From positions 512,001 through 576,000 of the forward strand of contig JAVZJD010000002.1 of NCBI GenBank assembly GCA_038870975.1: a DNA stretch of 64,000 bases. Direction: 5' to 3'. Under the pieces are notes generated by a model. It was not told the DNA's origin. It made no database searches and was given only the letters and a program-made list of their open reading frames with translations. The stretch's first letter is position 1. Each line of letters opens with the position of its first letter. Origin of the DNA: Candidatus Bathyarchaeia archaeon. Its GTDB lineage: Archaea; Thermoproteota; CALKCG01; B24. Positions 47,867 to 56,768 of this stretch are shown here, one piece after another. Made by a program: the position numbers and the translations under genes.

Positions 47867-49032
47867 AGTATCTTACACCTCGTTTCACGTCTAAGCTCTT
47901 CCAAGATTTTAAAGTAGGTGGCTCTTGCATTTTTAAAGCTGTCTGATGTGGCCGCAATAAATCCATATGCTTTAGCCTGGTCTTCAATTGGAAACGGAGG
48001 AGAAACAATATCATCTAGAAGAGTTGATATTTTAAGAACTCTGGAAATCGGACCTTCAAATAGAGTCTTTTTAAAATAGCAAACGGCCTTAAAATTAGGA
48101 TTGAATTCGCAAGTTTTGCCTAAACCCGTTTCAATAATCGGATTTGAAAGATTCACTGATAGAGATCTGCTTAACCCAACGTAGGATACTGTTAATCTTG
48201 GGTTTATTTCTATAATATAGACTCCATCCTTGGATAATACTACGTCTACTCCAATATACCCCCTTAAACCTTTAAATGCCTCAACAGCGTTAGTCGCTAC
48301 TTCTAATGCCTCCTTTAGAAGTCTATGATGTACAGGTGTATAACCGCCGAGGTACATACATCTACTGATTGATATAAATTGGCGGTTTAAACTAATGGGT
48401 GTAACCTTAAGACCGTTCGTAAGTAGAGAAACACTTGCGGGTATTCCTCTGATAAACTCCTGTATTAAAAGTTCACGCTTTTCTTTGGAGAGGAAGCGTT
48501 TAAGTTCTCCGAAGGATTTAAACAATTTTAAACCTTCACATCCAGCACCTGTTCTGGGTTTAACTATGAATGGTGGTTTAAGAAAGTCTAAATCTATCGG
48601 AACCTCAGGATTATATTCCAAAGTCCTAGGGGTTTTAAGACCTACCTTGAAGAGCTCTGATAGTGTCACGGCTTTATCTGAAAGGCGTTTAACCGTTTCA
48701 TGGTTTGAGCAGACGTGTAAACCATCAAATTCTTCGAGAAGACGGGCTAGTAGTCCATCGCTCTCAGGAGCTATAATATATGTTAAATCGTACGATTGTG
48801 CAAGCTTTCTAAGTTTGGGAAGACTTGCGCCATCTATTCTCACAATAGTAGAGGCTTTCAAAAATCCAGAGAGTTTCAAGAGATCCCTACAGACGACGGT
48901 ATAAACGTTATGGCCTGCTTTAGAGAGATCTCGAATCAAAGAGGAAACCATTGCAAGACCTTCAGATAGAATGCTCGAATTTACGTTTCTAAATAGGCCG
49001 GATAATATGGCTTCAATGAGTAAAATTTGCAT
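47860..49032 (-). CDS. mfnD: ATP-grasp tyramine--L-glutamate ligase-like protein
   Basis: EGLAM, IAPESDG, KPRTGAGCEG, QEFIRG, SLNRQ, GYIGVD, EINPRLT. Confidence 0.85.
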   Translation of the reverse strand: MQILLIEAILSGLFRNVNSSILSEGLAMVSSLIRDLSKAGHNVYTVVCRDLLKLSGFLKASTIVRIDGASLPKLRKLAQSYDLTYIIAPESDGLLARLLEEFDGLHVCSNHETVKRLSDKAVTLSELFKVGLKTPRTLEYNPEVPIDLDFLKPPFIVKPRTGAGCEGLKLFKSFGELKRFLSKEKRELLIQEFIRGIPASVSLLTNGLKVTPISLNRQFISISRCMYLGGYTPVHHRLLKEALEVATNAVEAFKGLRGYIGVDVVLSKDGVYIIEINPRLTVSYVGLSRSLSVNLSNPIIETGLGKTCEFNPNFKAVCYFKKTLFEGPISRVLKISTLLDDIVSPPFPIEDQAKAYGFIAATSDSFKNARATYFKILEELRRETRCKILW

Positions 49033-49043
49033 GTGGTGTCCTC

Positions 49044-49766
49044 CTAGAGGAAGCTAGTCTTCTTGAGCTCTGAAATTGTCAACTTAGATTGATGGAGTGC
49101 AGAAGCCACTAGAGCTGCTTCAACACCTATTTCTCTCAATATTAAAAGGTCGTTTAAATTTCGAATACCTCCACCGACTATAAGTCTAATGGGGACGGTT
49201 TTCAGTTCTCTTATTAGCTCTAAGTCGGGTCCCCTGTCAGAGCCAACTCTAGATAAATCGATAACAATTGCTTCTTCAAAGCCGAGCCTCACAGCTTCAT
49301 TAAGACAATATTTAGGTGAAAACCCCTCGAATTCGGGGGCCTTAGATAAAACTTCACGGTTTTTAAGATCTAAACCTAAAACAACCCGATCACGTCCGTA
49401 AACTTCTAGAATCCATCGTGCGATCTCTAATTTTGGAAGAGTTTCCGTAGCCATTATGAGCTTTCTAACACCAGCATTAAATACCTTTGAAGCTTCCTCA
49501 AGACTTTTAATCCCTGGATCCAACATTAGATTTACTTCTGAAGATAGGAATCTGTATAGTTCTGTGTTTAGAAAACCGTAAAGTATGGCATCTAAGTCTG
49601 CTACGTAAACCGTTCTAAACCCCAGTGAAGACAGCTTTTTAACAGTAGCTAACGGATTTGAAAATGGATATAAACTGCTTCTAATCGGTTTATATAGGTC
49701 TCTAAAACCCATTTTAGCCCAAACAGTTAAACCGTTTTTAACATCTAAAACCGGTATGACTTTCAA
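49044..49766 (-). CDS. HisA/HisF-related TIM-barrel protein of C1-cofactor clusters (Orf17-like)
   Basis: IPVLDVKNG, YVADLDAI, DLSRVGS, GGGIR, ASALH; first gene of the mfnD-F-E run. Confidence 0.82.
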   Translation of the reverse strand: MKVIPVLDVKNGLTVWAKMGFRDLYKPIRSSLYPFSNPLATVKKLSSLGFRTVYVADLDAILYGFLNTELYRFLSSEVNLMLDPGIKSLEEASKVFNAGVRKLIMATETLPKLEIARWILEVYGRDRVVLGLDLKNREVLSKAPEFEGFSPKYCLNEAVRLGFEEAIVIDLSRVGSDRGPDLELIRELKTVPIRLIVGGGIRNLNDLLILREIGVEAALVASALHQSKLTISELKKTSFL

Positions 49767-49839
49767 AAGTTAGCACCTTAATTCTTTCAACTTCTCTTAG
49801 GTAGATTTTTAAGCTTCATAAGTCTTTAGATAGTTTAAG

Positions 49840-50961
49840 ATGAGTTACGCCGCTCTCCTCTACGACAGATTAACCATAGATGAGGCCGAATTAATGTTAA
49901 CTGCTGATAGGAGGGGGCTATTACTTAAGAAGCTCTTTACTAAAGAGCCGTCAACGCTTTCCAGTACAGACCTAGCAGAAGTCCATGTCGTAGTAAATCG
50001 GTGTGAAAGCAAAAGTAGAGCTTTAGAAGCAGCTAGAAGAATTGCAAATCTAAATAGAATAGTTATAAATTCCTACAGGGTTGAAGAACTATGCTCTAAT
50101 AAGATTAAAACGATTGAACTACTTGAAAAGTATGGTATTAAAGTACCTAAAGGTTTATTCAAACCTTTTCCAAAGAACCTACATGAGTTAGAAGATTGGA
50201 TAATATGTGTTGTTGAAGAAGCCGAGGCTAGACTAGAATACCCGATTGTATTTAAACCTACACATGGAAGCTGGGGTAAAGGCATAATAAAAATCGATTG
50301 TAGAGAACGTTTAATAGAAGTTCTTAGGGAGAATTCTAAGCCCAATGAGATAAACCCAGAAGGCATTTTTCTACAGGAGTATGTTGAAAAACCAGGCTTT
50401 GACCTTAGAATAGTAGCTTTTAAGGAGAAGCATGGAATGGGTATACTATGTTGTATAGCGAGGGTCTCTAGGAAGCCTGAGGAGTTTAGAACGAACACCC
50501 ACCTTGGAGGACTGCCAGTAGGAGTTGAGTTGAAAAATTATCCAGAGCATGTAGATGAGGCTTTAAAGGCTGCTAAAATTATAATGCAAGAAGAAAAATA
50601 TGGTATAATAGCTTTAGATGCAATGCCTCAGATAGAAAATATAGATTATAATATTGTATATAAACTTACCAATGAGTGCGCAAAAATGTATGATGAAATT
50701 AGAAAATTTGTGGATGAAAACAAGTTTAGGCGATATATTGAATGGAAAAATGAAATGGAACTTATGTTTCAAAAGCTTAAAATGCATGAATCTTACATAG
50801 CGCTTAGAAACGTAATTTCAAATCTACTTGAAAATAGTAAACTTAGAGTTCATGAGGCTAATTCAAGGTTTGATTACGCTATGAATACTAGAAATGCGAC
50901 AGGAATAAATCCAGCTGAAAAATACGTTGACCTATGTTTTGAGGCACTTGAGGAAAGTTAA
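49840..50961 (+). CDS. LysX/RimK family ATP-grasp ligase with a large internal insertion
   Basis: LYDRL..DE, VNRC, KPTHGSWG, QEYVEKPG.DLR, FRTNTHLGG, HEAN, TGIN. Confidence 0.8.
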   Translation: MSYAALLYDRLTIDEAELMLTADRRGLLLKKLFTKEPSTLSSTDLAEVHVVVNRCESKSRALEAARRIANLNRIVINSYRVEELCSNKIKTIELLEKYGIKVPKGLFKPFPKNLHELEDWIICVVEEAEARLEYPIVFKPTHGSWGKGIIKIDCRERLIEVLRENSKPNEINPEGIFLQEYVEKPGFDLRIVAFKEKHGMGILCCIARVSRKPEEFRTNTHLGGLPVGVELKNYPEHVDEALKAAKIIMQEEKYGIIALDAMPQIENIDYNIVYKLTNECAKMYDEIRKFVDENKFRRYIEWKNEMELMFQKLKMHESYIALRNVISNLLENSKLRVHEANSRFDYAMNTRNATGINPAEKYVDLCFEALEES

Positions 50962-51335
50962 TCTTTGTAATGGAACTCCTCTGATACTATAGAAGATGGA
51001 TTTAAAAATTTGCTTATCACTTTTAAAGCATCCTCTAAGTTGAAATCTTTACACGTGTAAATGTCTATTGTGAAAAACTTAAAATCCCGCCAAGTATATA
51101 TGGAGACCCCGGATTCAACCCAGCCCATGTATCCGGCTAATCCTTTGTGGATCTGATGGCCTCGTGCGTCCGGGCTGAAAACTATAGGTTTTGTTAGCGG
51201 AGTCATTGATAACGCTTCAGCTAGTGCATCGAATAGTTTTTCAATAATGGATTCATCAATTTCCACAGTATAAAAACCCTCTATGAAGACTCTTTTCCTC
51301 TTAACCTGAGGTAGAAGATTTTTCAAAGCAGACAC
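50958..51335 (-). CDS. Pyruvoyl-dependent S-adenosylmethionine decarboxylase (SpeD)-like proenzyme, atypical
   Basis: WVESGVSIYTW (E|S self-cleavage site, ESG rather than ESH) and DIYTCK. Confidence 0.7.
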   Translation of the reverse strand: MSALKNLLPQVKRKRVFIEGFYTVEIDESIIEKLFDALAEALSMTPLTKPIVFSPDARGHQIHKGLAGYMGWVESGVSIYTWRDFKFFTIDIYTCKDFNLEDALKVISKFLNPSSIVSEEFHYKD

Positions 51336-51371
51336 TAAGAAAAGTACATCTTAAACAGGAGAAAAATAAGT

Positions 51372-52811
51372 TTACTTAAATTCATCGAAAACTATTGACG
51401 TACTTGTCTCCTCTATACCTAAACTTAAGCTTCTGACGCTCTGAGTTATACTATCTAAGAGACCAGTGCTGGATACGTCTTTAATATCGATAATGTAATC
51501 CCAGTAGCCCGTTATCTCTCTAATTCTAAACGGTACATTATATTTGGCAAGAAGTTTTCTAATGCCTTCTACTACGTCTTGTTCGCTATGTCCAGGTTTC
51601 ACTTTAACAAATATAATTGCATCACCTATGCTTACACTGAAGCCCGGTTTTGTTTTAACTGGTTTACCGGTTTCCTCTTGAATTATGTTCCACACTTCTG
51701 AAAGCCTTAAATCTCGACCCTTCTCCATGGATATGGTTCGTATTATATCAACTATCTTAGACTTAACCGCCTGGTCAATATCATACTCACTTAGAAGTAC
51801 CTCTATAAGCTCTTTAGACTGCATGGCTCCAAACTCGTACAGTCTTTCAAGGCCATATTTAGAGAAGTCTATTGTCTCATAGGTTTCAGGGCACTTTAAA
51901 ACAGCTTTTTGATGCGTACCAGCTTTATGAGTCCTAGCGAAAACCCCAACAATTGGATGAAATGGGTTAATCGGTATACCTGATATAGCAGATAGGTAAC
52001 TGTAGAGTTGAGGAATCTTTTTAAAGTCTACGCCAGTCTTCACACCGTAGAGAGATTCAAGGTTTTCAACCGAAGTTACTAAGTCGGCTATTCCGCATCT
52101 CTCTCCGATCCCCATAACGGTCACATCAAAGCTTCTAGCGCCGCCGAGTAGACCCATTATACTATTCACAACTGCCAGTCCTCTGTCATTATGGCAGTGG
52201 ACGTCTAGTGGAATATCTATCTCTTCTGACGCCTCAGCTAAAATTTCCCTAAATTGTAGGGGTTCGGCTTGACCTTTAGTATCCGGAATCTTCAATATGT
52301 CTGCTCCAGCTTCTTCAGCCACTTTTCCAACTTCTATGATTTTCTCAATTGGTAGACTGGTTGCATCTTCCATGGTGTATATGACGCATTCAAAGCCGAT
52401 ATTATTTTTAGCATAGTGTACCACGTCTCTTATGGTGGCTAAAGCCTTCTCATAACTCATTCCGTTGAGTTTGTAAAGAAGGTGTCTTTCTGTAGGTGAA
52501 AGGAAAATCGTAACCCCCCAAGTCCCACATTTCCAAGCGATATCAACATCTTCTCTCAAACATCTACAGTGTCCAATAAGTTTAGCATCACCATATCCAA
52601 GTTCTTTAAAATATTTTACGACGCTCTCGACGCCCACTCTATACTTGGGGCTATATGGTGAACCCACTTCCATGTATAGCTTTTCCCCTACTGTCTCATA
52701 GATCATCTTAGCTAGGGTACATTTTTCCTCTGGTTTGAAGTAAACTCTAGGTGTCTGTTCACCTTCTCTAAGGGTGGAGTCTATTATGTGTTCAAGCTTT
52801 ATAGATGACAC
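51372..52811 (-). CDS. Homocitrate synthase-type DRE-TIM enzyme with C-terminal Lrp/AsnC (RAM) regulatory domain
   Basis: DSTLREGEQ, HCHND, GIGERCG, HKAGTH, YETID. The C-terminal ITGYWDYII...ETSTSIV is a RAM fold. Confidence 0.82.
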   Translation of the reverse strand: MSSIKLEHIIDSTLREGEQTPRVYFKPEEKCTLAKMIYETVGEKLYMEVGSPYSPKYRVGVESVVKYFKELGYGDAKLIGHCRCLREDVDIAWKCGTWGVTIFLSPTERHLLYKLNGMSYEKALATIRDVVHYAKNNIGFECVIYTMEDATSLPIEKIIEVGKVAEEAGADILKIPDTKGQAEPLQFREILAEASEEIDIPLDVHCHNDRGLAVVNSIMGLLGGARSFDVTVMGIGERCGIADLVTSVENLESLYGVKTGVDFKKIPQLYSYLSAISGIPINPFHPIVGVFARTHKAGTHQKAVLKCPETYETIDFSKYGLERLYEFGAMQSKELIEVLLSEYDIDQAVKSKIVDIIRTISMEKGRDLRLSEVWNIIQEETGKPVKTKPGFSVSIGDAIIFVKVKPGHSEQDVVEGIRKLLAKYNVPFRIREITGYWDYIIDIKDVSSTGLLDSITQSVRSLSLGIEETSTSIVFDEFK

Positions 52812-52875
52812 GATTTAACCACCGCTTGACAACTACTACGATGATGTTTAACAGAATATAAGCTTTTCGGATATT

Positions 52876-53301
52876 CTATGAAGATTCTCTTAAAACTACG
52901 AGTGTATTTGTAGATTCTACGCCGTCAATTTTACGAATTTCGTCGATACAATTATTCAAATCGGATATACTAGCACCTTTTATTATAGCTACTATATCGT
53001 AAAGCCCTGAAACCTCGTACACCGCTTCAATATTGGGGAGTTTTCTGATTTTCTCGGAGACCGTGGGCAGAGGATAGGAAGTTCTAGCAGATATGAGGAC
53101 AAGAGCCCTCAATGACGGTTCTGGAAGAACAACTTCAATGGTAAATCTTTTTATAACTCCGTCTCTAACAAGCCTGTTGATTCTTCTTCTAACGGCACCT
53201 TCTGTAACACCTACAATTTGGGCTAACGCTGTGTATTTTACCCTTGAGTTTTTCTTAAGTATTTCAAGAATCTGTTTATCAATATCGTCAAGTTTAACCA
53301 T
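52876..53301 (-). CDS. Lrp/AsnC family regulator (LysM-like)
   Basis: LDDIDKQIL, HTH TEGAVRRRI, EVSGLYDI, STNT. Confidence 0.9.
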   Translation of the reverse strand: MVKLDDIDKQILEILKKNSRVKYTALAQIVGVTEGAVRRRINRLVRDGVIKRFTIEVVLPEPSLRALVLISARTSYPLPTVSEKIRKLPNIEAVYEVSGLYDIVAIIKGASISDLNNCIDEIRKIDGVESTNTLVVLRESS

Positions 53302-53415
53302 TAAAAGTATTATTTATCAGCTTAATTTTTTAATTTAACTCTCTAAAAGTAGAAAACCATTTATGAGAGACAAGTCTTTACAAGACTGAAGCCTCTCAAA
53401 AACGAGTGATACAAA

Positions 53416-55530
53416 ATGGGTCGAGAAGACCTCAACGCCATTTTAAAGCCAAACTCCATAGCCATAATAGGGGCATCTAGAAGGACCGAAGCCGTCGGTA
53501 ACCGTATTGTAAGGAATATTTTAGATAGCGGGTTTAAAGGACCAGTTTACCCGGTCAACCCTAATGCAGATGAAATCTATGGGTTAAAGTGTTATCCGTC
53601 GATAATGAGCATAGAAGATAGCGTAGACTTGGCCGTTATAGCAGTCCGATCTAACATGGTTCCAATGGTCGCTGAAGAAGCTGGTAGGAAAGGTGTTAAA
53701 GGGCTTATTGTGATATCAGCTGGGTTCAAAGAGATTGGTGATGAGGGAGCTAAACTCGAGAGAGAGCTTCTTAGCATATGTCGGAAGTATAATATGAGAA
53801 TGGTGGGTCCAAACTGCTTAGGCGTTATAAACACATCGACGCCAATGAACGCAACTTTCGCTTCTTCTAAGCCATTGCCGGGTAAAATAGCATTATTATC
53901 GCAGAGTGGGGCCTTATGTTCAGCTATACTGGACTGGGCTCCCAAAGAGGGGCTGGGCTTTAGCGTAGTTATAAGCCTAGGCAACAGCGCAGACCTTAAT
54001 ATTATCGATTTTATAGAAGCTCTAAAGGACGATGAGAATACTAAGGTTATAGCTTGTTACATGGAGGGGGTATCTGATGGAGCTCGATTCGTAGAGGTTG
54101 CTAGAGAAACCTCAAGAAAAAAGCCTATAATTGTACTTAAAGCTGGTTTAACAAGTATGGGTGTTAGAGCGGTTTCATCGCATACTGGGTCTATGGCAGG
54201 TAGTGCCGTCGCATACTCAACCGCGTTTAAGAAATGTGGTGTTATTCAAGTAGAGTCTATTGAGGAATTGTTCAACAACTCTAGGGCATTTGCATCACAG
54301 CCTATTCCTAACGGTAGAAATGTAGCCATATTAACGAATGCTGGTGGGCCAAGTATAGTCGCGACGGATGCTTGTGAAAAATTTGGCTTGGTATTAGCAT
54401 GGCTATCAGACGAGACGATAGATGGCCTTAGAGCGTTTCTTCCAGAGCAGGCTTCGATCATAAACCCAGTGGATGTACTTGGAGACGCTACGGCTGAGAG
54501 ATATGAAAGAGCCTTAAGACTACTGCTTAAGGATCAAGGAATAGATGCCGTTGTGGTTATTCTAACTCCACAGGCAGTTACAGAGCCCAATGAGACGGCT
54601 AAGGCTTTGGCTAGAATCCATAACGAGTATCCAGACAAACCGATTCTAGCCGTCTTTATGGGAGGTGATTCTCTAAGTGAGGCAATCGATATTCTTAAAA
54701 GTAACTACATACCAGTTTACGAGTTCCCAGAAGATGCTATTAAAACTCTCAGAAATATGGTTGACTATGCTGAATACCTTAGAATACGGTACAGGGAGGA
54801 GCCTTTTGAGTTTGAAAGAAATATAAACCTTGTACGAAGAATCGTAGAGAGAGCTAAGACTGAGGGTAGAACTGTGCTACTTAGTCATGAGGCTAAAGCC
54901 GTTATAAGGGCATATGGTTTAAACGTTCCCAGGTCTGGTTTTGCTCAAAACCTTAGACAGGCTCTAAGCATAGCAAATAGCATTGGTTATCCTGTAGCTT
55001 TGAAAATAGTCTCTCCACATATAGTGCATAAAACAGACGTTGGAGGTGTTGTTTTAAACATAAACTCAGACTATGAGCTAGAAAATGCCTATGATTCCAT
55101 GATGCGTAACATTGCAACTCTACTGCCTCAAGCGCGCATATACGGTGTAGAAGTTCAAGAAATGGTTCCACCCGGTAAGGAGGTCATCGTTGGAATACAT
55201 AGAGACCTCCAGTTTGGGCCTTTGATCATGTTTGGGCTTGGGGGCGTATATGTAAACTTAATGAGAGATGTAAGTTTTAGATTGGTTCCACTGAATCGTA
55301 GAGAAGCTTACAACATGATAATGGAGACTAAAGCCTACAGCCTCTTAAGAGGGTTTAGAGGTGAGACACCTTCAGATGTAGAGTCTGTCGTAGATGTATT
55401 GCTAAGGGTATCAAAGCTAGCATTAGATTTTAAAGAAATTGCCGAGTTGGATATCAACCCATTAATAGTTTATGAGAGGGGGAAAAATTCTTTAGCTTTA
55501 GATGTTAAGATAACCTTGTCGTACAGTTAA
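53416..55530 (+). CDS. ADP-forming acetate/acyl-CoA ligase, fused alpha-beta
   Basis: IIGASR, GPNCLG, SQSGA, phospho-His SHTGS, TNAGG, NPVD, HKTDVGGV, DINP. Confidence 0.92.
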   Translation: MGREDLNAILKPNSIAIIGASRRTEAVGNRIVRNILDSGFKGPVYPVNPNADEIYGLKCYPSIMSIEDSVDLAVIAVRSNMVPMVAEEAGRKGVKGLIVISAGFKEIGDEGAKLERELLSICRKYNMRMVGPNCLGVINTSTPMNATFASSKPLPGKIALLSQSGALCSAILDWAPKEGLGFSVVISLGNSADLNIIDFIEALKDDENTKVIACYMEGVSDGARFVEVARETSRKKPIIVLKAGLTSMGVRAVSSHTGSMAGSAVAYSTAFKKCGVIQVESIEELFNNSRAFASQPIPNGRNVAILTNAGGPSIVATDACEKFGLVLAWLSDETIDGLRAFLPEQASIINPVDVLGDATAERYERALRLLLKDQGIDAVVVILTPQAVTEPNETAKALARIHNEYPDKPILAVFMGGDSLSEAIDILKSNYIPVYEFPEDAIKTLRNMVDYAEYLRIRYREEPFEFERNINLVRRIVERAKTEGRTVLLSHEAKAVIRAYGLNVPRSGFAQNLRQALSIANSIGYPVALKIVSPHIVHKTDVGGVVLNINSDYELENAYDSMMRNIATLLPQARIYGVEVQEMVPPGKEVIVGIHRDLQFGPLIMFGLGGVYVNLMRDVSFRLVPLNRREAYNMIMETKAYSLLRGFRGETPSDVESVVDVLLRVSKLALDFKEIAELDINPLIVYERGKNSLALDVKITLSYS

Positions 55531-55547
55531 GTGGGTGGTGTAAAAGT

Positions 55548-56657
55548 TTGGATGGGAAACCTCTAAGTTTATATGTGGCATCAACAGGGAGGGAGAGCTT
55601 CGGTAAAACCGCATTATGTGTAGGGCTATCTCTTCTCTTTAGAGAAGAGGGACTTAAGGTTGGCTTTTTTAAACCCCTCGGCTGGAACAACTTCCTCTAT
55701 AAAAATGTTAGAACAGATGAAGATGCCGCTTTAATGAAAGAATTGTTGCGACTTGAAGAAGATATTCAAACAATTTCACCTATAATTTTAAGCTACTTTT
55801 ACATTGAGAAGCTCAATTCTATGGATAGGAGTGTCATCTTAGAATCTATAAGAGAAAGCTTTGAGAAGATATGTGAGGGCAAGGATATTATACTTGTAGA
55901 AGCCCTACACGAATTATCGTCTGGTAAATCCATGGGTCTTTCAAGCGTTGACATAGCTCAACAGTTAAATTTGAGTATGATTCTAGTATCGTCCGTTCAA
56001 AGAGATCACGTAGTAGATGAAATAGTATTCAATAAATCGTACATAGTCGAGAAGAACGTTGAGTTCCTCGGACTTATAATGAATAATGTTTCTACGGGTG
56101 ATTTGGATAGAGTAAAGCGGGTTTATATCCCAATTCTTGAGAAGAACGACGTAGAAATATGGGGAGTTGTACCTGAGAATTCAAATCTGAAGAGTCCGAC
56201 TGGCTTAGAAGTCAAAGAGCAACTTAGGGCTGAGGTCTTAACATGCGAAGAGAGGTTGGAAGAAGTTTTAGTTGAAAACTATATCGTAGGTGCTATGACT
56301 CCTGATAGTGCTTTAAGGTATTTCAGGGCAACACCTAGGAAAGCTGTAATAACTGGCGGAGATAGACCTGAAATATGTCTCGTTGCATTGGAAACCGATA
56401 CTTCTCTGTTAGTGCTTACTGGAAATCTACGTCCAAGCCCATTGGTGCTTAGTAAGGCTAAAGAGAAAGGAGTTCCCGTTCTCTTGGTTCCGTATGATAC
56501 CTATACTACGGTGAATATGCTTCAAGATATAGCTGGTAAGATTAGATACGGAGATAGTAAGCGGATTAATCTGGCTAAACAACTCGTATCAGAAAACGTG
56601 AACTGGAGAGGTTTATGGAAAGCCCTTGAGAACAAGCGGAGTAAAAGCCAGATATAA
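55548..56657 (+). CDS. Phosphotransacetylase N-terminal-like protein (BioD-like P-loop plus DRTGG domain)
   Basis: SFGKT, FFKP, VGAM, ITGGDR, LTG; no Pta catalytic domain. Confidence 0.85.
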   Translation: MDGKPLSLYVASTGRESFGKTALCVGLSLLFREEGLKVGFFKPLGWNNFLYKNVRTDEDAALMKELLRLEEDIQTISPIILSYFYIEKLNSMDRSVILESIRESFEKICEGKDIILVEALHELSSGKSMGLSSVDIAQQLNLSMILVSSVQRDHVVDEIVFNKSYIVEKNVEFLGLIMNNVSTGDLDRVKRVYIPILEKNDVEIWGVVPENSNLKSPTGLEVKEQLRAEVLTCEERLEEVLVENYIVGAMTPDSALRYFRATPRKAVITGGDRPEICLVALETDTSLLVLTGNLRPSPLVLSKAKEKGVPVLLVPYDTYTTVNMLQDIAGKIRYGDSKRINLAKQLVSENVNWRGLWKALENKRSKSQI

Positions 56658-56768
56658 GGTTATTTAAAGTTTAAAACAATGCATTTAAAAACCATTCCAA
56701 AATACAATTCAATAAAGATAAGGAATATAAGTCAGATTTTTAATCTAGAATAGGTAAGGAGGATTTCC

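Noticed and set aside
49044-49766. Calling this gene hisA because hisE/hisI are in the window
   Set aside because: The YVADLDAI and DLSRVGS motifs and its position at the head of mfnD-F-E fit the C1-cofactor HisA-like family better.
52820-52860. LysM operator upstream of homocitrate synthase
   Set aside because: Only a partial ATCGTA match, on the wrong side of the TATA box for the known activator geometry.
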